A stretch of 14,192 nucleotides of DNA, from positions 1-14,192 of the forward strand of contig JBDQPD010000091.1 in NCBI GenBank assembly GCA_040260805.1. Direction: 5' to 3'. The notes under the pieces are model-generated. The model ran no database searches. It was not told where the DNA came from and saw nothing but the letters and a program-made list of their open reading frames with translations. The position numbers and the translations under genes are program-made. Positions 8,007 through 14,192 of this stretch are shown here, in pieces. This stretch comes from Myxococcota bacterium (GTDB lineage Bacteria > Myxococcota > UBA4151). Positions within the stretch are counted from its first letter, which is position 1; each line of letters begins with the position of its first letter.

Positions 8007-8104
8007 TTCTAAGGGGGCGCTAAGGCGCCCTGGCTGTAACGGAAAGATTCCGCACGCCGAGAACCTGGAACAGCCCCAGGAATTAAGGCGGGCAGGAGGT
8101 GCCG

Positions 8105-8947
8105 ATGGGCATCAAAGTATACCGGGCTACGAGCCCGGGGCGGCGCGATGCGACGAGTGCAAACTTCGACGAGATCACGCGTTCGACCCCCGAAAAGAGT
8201 TTGCTGAAGAAGCGTTCTGCGAAGGCGGGGCGTAATAACCACGGTCGCATTACGGTGCGTCGGCGTGGAGGTGGTCATAAGCGCCGGCTTCGTACCGTCG
8301 ACTTTCGCCGTGAGAAGATCGGTGTGCCGGCTACGGTCGCTCACATTGAGTATGATCCCGGTCGCACGGCGCGGATCGCCCTTCTGCATTACGCAGACGG
8401 TGAGAAGCGTTACATCCTAGCGCCGGTGGGTTTGACCCAAGGTTCGACGGTGGTCAGTTACTCGACCGACGCCGAAACGCCCGAGGTGGCACCCGGTAAC
8501 CACATGCCGATCATCAAGATCCCGCTGGGCTCTTTGATCCACAACATCGAGATGCGTCCCGGTAAGGGTGGTCAGCTGGTCCGCAGCGCAGGCACCGCAG
8601 CTCGGTTGATGGCTAAAGAGGGTCGCTATGCGCAGGTTCGTTTGCCTTCGGGTGAGCAGCGCATGATCCTTGCGGTCTGCTCGGCGACCATCGGTCAAGT
8701 CGGCAACACGCAGCACGAGAATCGTAAAGAGGGTAAGGCCGGTGTCGGTCGTTGGAAGGGTCGTCGTCCGAAGGTTCGTGGTGTTGCCATGAACCCGATC
8801 GATCACCCGCACGGCGGTGGCGAAGGTCGTACTTCTGGTGGTCGTAATCCGGTCACCCCGTGGGGCGTTCCCACCCGTGGTCACAAGACCCGTAACAACA
8901 AGCGCACGGACAAGTTCATTGTTCGTCGCCGCAACAAGCGTCGCTAG
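8105..8947 (+). CDS. rplB: 50S ribosomal protein L2
   Basis: [63 protein letters not shown]. Start placed at ATG 8105 after SD AGGAGG (8094-8099) rather than GTG 8099. Confidence 0.99.
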   Translation: MGIKVYRATSPGRRDATSANFDEITRSTPEKSLLKKRSAKAGRNNHGRITVRRRGGGHKRRLRTVDFRREKIGVPATVAHIEYDPGRTARIALLHYADGEKRYILAPVGLTQGSTVVSYSTDAETPEVAPGNHMPIIKIPLGSLIHNIEMRPGKGGQLVRSAGTAARLMAKEGRYAQVRLPSGEQRMILAVCSATIGQVGNTQHENRKEGKAGVGRWKGRRPKVRGVAMNPIDHPHGGGEGRTSGGRNPVTPWGVPTRGHKTRNNKRTDKFIVRRRNKRR

Positions 8948-8960
8948 GGGGGGCTGAACT

Positions 8961-9230
8961 ATGCCTCGGAGTGTTAAAAAAGGTCCTTTCGTTGATGACC
9001 ATCTGATGAAGAAGGTGATCAATGCCAAGGAAAGTAACGACCGCAAGGTGATCAAGACTTGGTCGCGGCGTTCGTTGATTCTTCCTGATTTCGTCGGTGT
9101 CACTTTTGCGGTGCACGACGGTCGTAAGTTTATTCCCGTGTTCGTCACTGAGAATATGGTGGGTCATAAGCTGGGCGAGTTCGCCCCGACCCGCACGTTC
9201 CATGGTCACGCCGCGGACAAGCGTCGGTAG
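8961..9230 (+). CDS. rpsS: 30S ribosomal protein S19
   Basis: [15 protein letters not shown]...IKTWSRRS...[15 protein letters not shown]. Confidence 0.99.
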   Translation: MPRSVKKGPFVDDHLMKKVINAKESNDRKVIKTWSRRSLILPDFVGVTFAVHDGRKFIPVFVTENMVGHKLGEFAPTRTFHGHAADKRR

Positions 9231-9239
9231 GAGTAGGTC

Positions 9240-9656
9240 ATGGCTATCGAAAAGACTGAAGGTCGCCGTGTGAAGAAGAGCGAACGCGCTCGGATTCGCA
9301 AAGAGGCTAAGAAGACCCATCCTCAAGCAACGCTGAGGGACTACCGCTCGAGCGCAAGCAAGATGCGGCTGGTTGTGGACTTGATCCGCGGCAAGGACGT
9401 GCAAGAGGCTGTTCGGGTTCTTCACTTCTCGAACAAGCGTGCGAGTGAAGCGCTGCTTAAGCTGCTCCGCAGCGCGATGGCGAATGCTGACGAGCTCGGC
9501 TTCGACGTTGAGCGTTTGACGGTGAGTCAGGCGTTCGTCAACGAGGGTCGTACCCTCAACCGGTGGCGCCCGCGTGCTCAGGGTCGAGCGACCCGCATTC
9601 GCAAGCGCAGCTGCCACACCACTATCGTGCTCGGTGAAGTCGAGGCGGGAGAGTAA
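9240..9656 (+). CDS. rplV: 50S ribosomal protein L22 with basic N-terminal extension
   Basis: [17 protein letters not shown]...[10 protein letters not shown]...[24 protein letters not shown] at 9229-9233. Confidence 0.97.
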   Translation: MAIEKTEGRRVKKSERARIRKEAKKTHPQATLRDYRSSASKMRLVVDLIRGKDVQEAVRVLHFSNKRASEALLKLLRSAMANADELGFDVERLTVSQAFVNEGRTLNRWRPRAQGRATRIRKRSCHTTIVLGEVEAGE

Positions 9657-9658
9657 TC

Positions 9659-10309
9659 ATGGGTCAAAAAGTTCAACCTACTGGATTCCGTCTCGGTTAC
9701 ATTCGTAGCCATGACTCGCGCTGGTTCGCCGGTCGTCAATACGCCGAGTGGCTTCATGAAGACATCAAGATCCGTAACTTCATCAAGAAGGACCTGGATG
9801 CGGCGATGGTGAGCCGCGTGGAGATCGAGCGTCTTCGTGAGACGATGACGATCTCGATTCATGCCGGTCGCCCGGGTACCGTCATCGGTAAGGGCGGCGC
9901 AGGCATCGAGCGTCTTGAGAAGCGCCTTCAGGCGAAGACCAAGAACCGCATCAGCCTGAAGATCATCGAGATCCGCCGCCCGGAGCTTGATGCGCAGCTT
10001 GTCGCTGAGGCGGTCTGCCGCCAGCTTGAAAATCGCGTGGCTTTTCGTCGTGCGATGAAGCGTACGGTTCAGACCACAATGAAGTTTGGTGCTCGCGGTA
10101 TCCGCCTTGAGTGCTCGGGTCGTCTCGGCGGTGCTGAGATGGGTCGCTTCGAACGTTACCTTGAGGGGCGCGTGCCGTTGCACACCCTGCGTGCTGATAT
10201 CGATTACGGTCACGCTGAAGCGCTCACCACCTATGGGATCATCGGCTGCAAGGCTTGGATCTACAAAGGTGAGATTCTGCCGCAGCGTAACGCTACGGCT
10301 CGTCGGTAA
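9659..10309 (+). CDS. rpsC: 30S ribosomal protein S3
   Basis: [13 protein letters not shown]...[10 protein letters not shown]...SGRLGGAEM...[14 protein letters not shown]. Confidence 0.99.
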   Translation: MGQKVQPTGFRLGYIRSHDSRWFAGRQYAEWLHEDIKIRNFIKKDLDAAMVSRVEIERLRETMTISIHAGRPGTVIGKGGAGIERLEKRLQAKTKNRISLKIIEIRRPELDAQLVAEAVCRQLENRVAFRRAMKRTVQTTMKFGARGIRLECSGRLGGAEMGRFERYLEGRVPLHTLRADIDYGHAEALTTYGIIGCKAWIYKGEILPQRNATARR

Positions 10310-10337
10310 TCCGGCGGTTTAGAAAGGACTCAAAGCC

Positions 10338-10754
10338 ATGTTGCTACCCAACAGAGTCAAGTTCCGTAAGATGCATCGCCTGCCGCTGCGCGGTAAAGCG
10401 ACGCGTGGTACGCATATTGCGTTTGGCGATTTCGCCATGCAGGCCACCAGCGCAGGTCGCGTGACCAGTCGTCAGATCGAGGCAGCTCGTATCGCGATGA
10501 CCCGTCACATCAAGCGTGGTGGTAACATTTGGATTCGTATCTTCCCGCAGCGCTCTATCACCAAGAAGCCACTCGAAGTTCGAATGGGTAAAGGTAAGGG
10601 CGGCGTGGACCACTGGGTCGCTCAGGTTCGCCCCGGTACGATCCTTTACGAGATGGACGGAGTCGACGTTGAGACGGCCAAAGAGGCCATGCGCCTTGCG
10701 GGCCGTAAGCTGGCGATCAACACCCGTTTCGTCACCCGTGACCAGGAGATTTAG
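10338..10754 (+). CDS. rplP: 50S ribosomal protein L16
   Basis: [11 protein letters not shown]...[12 protein letters not shown]...WIRIFP...[12 protein letters not shown]. Confidence 0.99.
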   Translation: MLLPNRVKFRKMHRLPLRGKATRGTHIAFGDFAMQATSAGRVTSRQIEAARIAMTRHIKRGGNIWIRIFPQRSITKKPLEVRMGKGKGGVDHWVAQVRPGTILYEMDGVDVETAKEAMRLAGRKLAINTRFVTRDQEI

Positions 10755-10756
10755 CC

Positions 10757-10951
10757 ATGCAAAGCCGTGAACTAGACGCCATGAACTCGGAAGAGATCAC
10801 CGGCTTTATCAAGGACATGGAGCGCAAGCTCTTTGAGGATCGTCTGAATCATGCCTCGGCATCTTTGCAAGACACTGATGGGTTGCGCCGGACTCGGCGT
10901 GCCATCGCTCGAGCAAGAACGATTCTGGCGCAAAAGGAAGCCGCTAACTAG
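10757..10951 (+). CDS. rpmC: 50S ribosomal protein L29
   Basis: 64 aa in the syntenic position, with ELDAM...LF..R...LRRTRRAIARARTIL. SD AGGAG lies in the end of rplP. Confidence 0.92.
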   Translation: MQSRELDAMNSEEITGFIKDMERKLFEDRLNHASASLQDTDGLRRTRRAIARARTILAQKEAAN

Positions 10952-10963
10952 CGGCGCTTTAGA

Positions 10964-10992
10964 TTGACACAGTGGGTTGCTGTCCCTAGGAG
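10964..10992 (+). promoter_or_regulatory. Possible internal promoter upstream of rpsQ
   Basis: TTGACA (10964-10969), 17-nt spacer, TAGGAG (10987-10992). Same architecture as the site upstream of rpsL. Confidence 0.35.
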
Positions 10993-11019
10993 AGCGCCCC
11001 TCTGGGAGTGGAGTGAATA

Positions 11020-11277
11020 ATGAACGAGCGAGCGAATCCTCGAACCCGTGTCGGGATCGTACGCAGCAACAAGATGGACAAAACCGCCGTGGTAGAGGTG
11101 GTTCGTTATGTCCGTCATCCGCTGTACAAAAAGTACATTCGTCGTCGGGTGAAATACCTGGCGCACGATGCTGAGAACACCTGCGGCATTGGTGATGAGG
11201 TCAAGATCATTGAGACTCGTCCGATGAGCCGTCGCAAGCGCTGGCGGGTCCTTGAGACTCTGCGCGCGGTCCAGTAG
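11020..11277 (+). CDS. rpsQ: 30S ribosomal protein S17
   Basis: [14 protein letters not shown]...[18 protein letters not shown]...[13 protein letters not shown]. Confidence 0.98.
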   Translation: MNERANPRTRVGIVRSNKMDKTAVVEVVRYVRHPLYKKYIRRRVKYLAHDAENTCGIGDEVKIIETRPMSRRKRWRVLETLRAVQ

Positions 11278-11298
11278 CGGTCAGGAAAGGCACTAGCC

Positions 11299-11667
11299 AT
11301 GATTCAAATGCAAACCATCCTCGATGTTGCCGACAACAGCGGCGCTCGTAAGGTGATGTGCCTCAAGGTGCTTGGCGGCTCAAAGCGTCGCTATGCTTCC
11401 GTTGGCGACATCATCGTCGTTTCGGTTCGTGAGGCCCAGCCTCACAGCCGCGTGAAGAAGGGTCAGGTCAGTCGCGCTGTGGTGGTGCGTACGGCTTATC
11501 CTTTGAACCGAGCCGACGGCTCCCGTATTCGATTTGATACCAACTCTGCTGTGCTCCTCAATAAGGCGCACGAGCCCATCGGCACCCGAATCTTCGGTCC
11601 TGTTGCTCGCGAGCTTCGCGGCAAGCGGTTCATGAAGATCGTGTCCCTGGCTCCTGAGGTTCTGTGA
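11299..11667 (+). CDS. rplN: 50S ribosomal protein L14
   Basis: [16 protein letters not shown]...[13 protein letters not shown]...[10 protein letters not shown]. Confidence 0.99.
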   Translation: MIQMQTILDVADNSGARKVMCLKVLGGSKRRYASVGDIIVVSVREAQPHSRVKKGQVSRAVVVRTAYPLNRADGSRIRFDTNSAVLLNKAHEPIGTRIFGPVARELRGKRFMKIVSLAPEVL

Positions 11668-11674
11668 GGTCATG

Positions 11675-12007
11675 ATGAGCAAGCGTAAGATTCGTAAGGG
11701 TGATACCGTCAAAGTGATCTCTGGTTCTGACCGGGGTCATGTGGGCGAGGTGCTCGAGGTGCTTCCTGCTGAAGGCAAGTTGCGTGTCGAGGGTGCCCGG
11801 ATTCAAAAGAAGCACATTAAACCAGGGCGTTCCGCTCTGCACCCAGACGGCGGCATCGTCGAGCGGGTCGGTTTGATGGATATCAGCAATGTAATGTTCT
11901 ACACCGAAGAGCTCGGTGCGGTCCGCCTTGGGCGTCAACACGCCGAAGACGGAAAGCGTCAGCGGGTTGCTCGGGGTTCTAAGCACGGCGGCGCAGTCAT
12001 CGACTGA
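11675..12007 (+). CDS. rplX: 50S ribosomal protein L24
   Basis: KIRKGDTVKVISGSDRG (KOW motif)...KKHIKP...GGIVE...ISNV. The second ATG (11675) fits SD GAGGT spacing better than 11672. Confidence 0.96.
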   Translation: MSKRKIRKGDTVKVISGSDRGHVGEVLEVLPAEGKLRVEGARIQKKHIKPGRSALHPDGGIVERVGLMDISNVMFYTEELGAVRLGRQHAEDGKRQRVARGSKHGGAVID

Positions 12008-12064
12008 GCCTCCACTTGAGGTCGGCGCCTTATTGCGGGCGGGTAAGCGACCGAAGGAGTTATC

Positions 12065-12616
12065 ATGGCAGCACGGCTGCACGAGAAATACAAAAGCGAG
12101 GTTTGCGCTAAGCTGCAGGAGGAGTTCACGTACGCGAACCCCATGCAGATGCCGCGTCTGACTAAGGTGGTGGTCAACATGGGCCTCGGTCGCGACGTGG
12201 CGACCAACAAGAACACCAAGGTGCTCGACAGCGCTCAAGAGGAGCTGGCTTCGATCACGGGCCAAAAGGCTGTGGTGACTCGGGCTCGGCGCTCGATCGC
12301 TGGTTTCAAGCTCCGTGAGGGGATGCCGATCGGCGTTTGCGTGACTTTACGTGCCCAGAACATGTGGGACTTCGTGGATCGCTTGTGCAACGTTGCGTTG
12401 CCCCGAGTCCGTGACTTTCGCGGGGTCAGCCCGAAGGCCTTTGATGGTCGTGGGAACTACACCCTGGGAATCCGAGAGCAGATTATCTTTCCTGAGATCG
12501 ACTACGATAAGATCGACAAGATCAAGGGTATGAACGTCACTTTTGTGACCACGGCATCGAGTGATGAAGAGGGCCGCGCCCTGCTTCGTCATCTCGGCAT
12601 GCCCTTCCGTAAGTAA
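12065..12616 (+). CDS. rplE: 50S ribosomal protein L5
   Basis: [18 protein letters not shown]...ITGQKAVVT...[10 protein letters not shown]...LPRVRDFRG...FDGRGNY...[11 protein letters not shown]. Confidence 0.99.
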   Translation: MAARLHEKYKSEVCAKLQEEFTYANPMQMPRLTKVVVNMGLGRDVATNKNTKVLDSAQEELASITGQKAVVTRARRSIAGFKLREGMPIGVCVTLRAQNMWDFVDRLCNVALPRVRDFRGVSPKAFDGRGNYTLGIREQIIFPEIDYDKIDKIKGMNVTFVTTASSDEEGRALLRHLGMPFRK

Positions 12617-12626
12617 GGACACTACG

Positions 12627-12812
12627 ATGTCTAAAAAAGTCGACCTCGTCACGATTGACAAGAAGCCGAAATTTGCCGTTCGGCAAAAGAATCGTTGCCG
12701 CATCTGCGGTCGCTCGCGCGCCTACTTGCGCAAGTTTGCCATGTGCCGGATCTGCTTCCGGGAACGCGCCCTTCGAGGTGAGATCCCAGGTGTAGTCAAG
12801 GCGAGCTGGTAA
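12627..12812 (+). CDS. rpsN: 30S ribosomal protein S14, type Z (zinc-binding, 61 aa)
   Basis: MSKK...[39 protein letters not shown] with two CxxC motifs. ATG 12627 follows SD AAGGA. Confidence 0.97.
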   Translation: MSKKVDLVTIDKKPKFAVRQKNRCRICGRSRAYLRKFAMCRICFRERALRGEIPGVVKASW

Positions 12813-12823
12813 AGGAGAACATC

Positions 12824-13228
12824 ATGTTAGTCACTGATCCTATCGCTGATATGTTGGCACGCATCCGTAACGCGATGCTTGCACGGCATGAGCACGTCTC
12901 CATTCCTGGAAGCGGCATCAAGCGCCGCATCGCAGAAATCCTTGAAGCAGAGGGTTTTGTGAGCACGGCTGTTTGGGTTGAGCCGGCTAAGGGTTCGCCC
13001 CAGGGTCGTATTGATATTAAACTTAAGTGGGATGGTCGTGATCCCGTCATTGACGGTCTCAAGCGCATCTCAAGGCCTGGGTGTCGTGTCTACGCTGGGC
13101 GTGACGATATCCCGGAAGTCCGGAGTGGTCTGGGTGTCGCCGTCGTCTCGACGTCGCGCGGTATCATGACCAACAAGGACGCTCGCCGAGCCGGTGTCGG
13201 CGGCGAAGTCCTCTTCGCGGTCTGGTAG
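12824..13228 (+). CDS. rpsH: 30S ribosomal protein S8
   Basis: [14 protein letters not shown]...[12 protein letters not shown]...[12 protein letters not shown]...GVGGEVL. Confidence 0.99.
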   Translation: MLVTDPIADMLARIRNAMLARHEHVSIPGSGIKRRIAEILEAEGFVSTAVWVEPAKGSPQGRIDIKLKWDGRDPVIDGLKRISRPGCRVYAGRDDIPEVRSGLGVAVVSTSRGIMTNKDARRAGVGGEVLFAVW

Positions 13229-13239
13229 AGGAGTAGATT

Positions 13240-13776
13240 ATGTCCCGCATCGGTAGAGCTCCAGTGAGCTTTGGAAAAGATGTCAAGGTGTCGGTTGATG
13301 GCGGCATGCTCGCAGTCAGGGGTCCGAAAGGGCAGCTTGAGATGAGTATGAACGCTGATATTGGTGTTGAGATTGGCGAAGGTGAAATGGTTTTCACCCG
13401 TGCAAGCGATCACCGCCAGCATCGATCGCTTCATGGCATGGTTCGCAGTATCGCCTCGAACATGGTCGAAGGCGTAACCAACGGCTTTAAGAAGGATCTC
13501 GAGATTCGTGGGGTTGGTTTTCGTGCGATCCTCAAGGGTTCGAACCTTGAGCTGAGTTTGGGTAAGTCGCATCCGATCAACTTGGAGATCCCCTCCGGGA
13601 TCAAAGTTGAGATCGCTAAAGACCAGCGTGCCGTCACCATCTCGGGGATCGACAAGCAAAAGGTTGGCGCCTTTGCCGCAAAGATTCGTTCATTTTACCC
13701 ACCGGAGCCCTACAAGGGTAAGGGTGTGCGCTACGTCGGCGAGTATGTCCGTAGCAAAGAAGGTAAATCCGGCTGA
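13240..13776 (+). CDS. rplF: 50S ribosomal protein L6
   Basis: MSRIGRAPV...GPKGQL...NMVEGVTNGF...GVGFRA...PPEPYKGKGVRY. Confidence 0.99.
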   Translation: MSRIGRAPVSFGKDVKVSVDGGMLAVRGPKGQLEMSMNADIGVEIGEGEMVFTRASDHRQHRSLHGMVRSIASNMVEGVTNGFKKDLEIRGVGFRAILKGSNLELSLGKSHPINLEIPSGIKVEIAKDQRAVTISGIDKQKVGAFAAKIRSFYPPEPYKGKGVRYVGEYVRSKEGKSG

Positions 13777-13838
13777 TTCAGAGCTATTAGGTGGGTACCC
13801 GGTTCGGCCGGACTCCTCACCGCTGAAAGGAAAAGATC

Positions 13839-14189
13839 ATGGCTCAAAAAACCAAACAACAGGTGCGTGCGCGCCGCAAGCAGGGCTTGCGCAAGCGCAT
13901 CAGTGGAACCTCCGAGCGCCCTCGGCTCTCGGTCTTTCGTTCTGCAAAACATATTTACGCTCAACTGATCGACGACACCGTTGGTGTGACGCTCGGTTCA
14001 GCCTCCTCTCAGAAGATCTCGGGCGCGGAAGACAAGACCGCAACCTCGATCGAGGTGGGTAAGGCGATCGCAGCCGCAGCTAAAGAAGCGGGCATCAACA
14101 AGGTCGTCTTCGACCGCAACGGATTTATCTATCACGGCCGGGTGGCTGCGGTGGCTAAGGGAGCCCGCGAAGCCGGGCTCGAATTCTAG
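13839..14189 (+). CDS. rplR: 50S ribosomal protein L18
   Basis: [29 protein letters not shown]...[28 protein letters not shown]. The terminal TAGGAG suggests an SD for a following rpsE. Confidence 0.99.
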   Translation: MAQKTKQQVRARRKQGLRKRISGTSERPRLSVFRSAKHIYAQLIDDTVGVTLGSASSQKISGAEDKTATSIEVGKAIAAAAKEAGINKVVFDRNGFIYHGRVAAVAKGAREAGLEF

Positions 14190-14192
14190 GAG

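Noticed and set aside
8455..8495. Small insertions in L2 ([11 protein letters not shown]), and similar ones in S8 (EPAKGSPQG) and L5 (GRDVATNKN)
   Set aside because: Insertions of about 3-4 aa in variable surface loops are within normal family variation.
10977..11174. 65-aa ORF starting in the rpmC-rpsQ spacer, and upstream-extended starts for rpsL (2385), rplB (8099) and rpsN (12561)
   Set aside because: The ORF overlaps rpsQ out of frame with no SD. The extended starts lack SD support or overlap neighbouring genes, while the canonical N-termini have good SDs.
1..14192. Apparent GC and codon contrast between lon and the ribosomal operon as horizontal transfer
   Set aside because: Explained by the codon bias of highly expressed genes (CGT, GGT, GCT). 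No integrase, IS ends or att-like repeats were seen.

Overview
Bacterial core-genome region with no mobile elements, CRISPR arrays or RNA genes seen. Bases 1-2159 (minus strand) encode a LonA ATP-dependent protease that runs off the left edge. The ORF track misses it because its stop codon lies outside the window. Diverging from it is a fused str-S10-spc ribosomal super-operon: rpsL-rpsG-fusA-tuf-rpsJ-[rplC absent]-rplD-rplW-rplB-rpsS-rplV-rpsC-rplP-rpmC-rpsQ-rplN-rplX-rplE-rpsN(type Z)-rpsH-rplF-rplR, probably continuing into rpsE. The proteins look Myxococcota/Deltaproteobacteria-like (inference only). Departures from the textbook operon: clean absence of rplC (L3); an EF-Tu with two ~12-aa insertions and an altered domain III tip; charged terminal extensions on the tunnel-exit proteins L22 and L23; four enlarged, hairpin-rich spacers before rplB, rpsQ, rplE and rplR; two matching TTGACA-N17-TAnnAG promoter-like sites; and a hairpin that sequesters the lon Shine-Dalgarno (candidate RNA thermometer or switch). 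All RNA structures were paired by eye, not computed.
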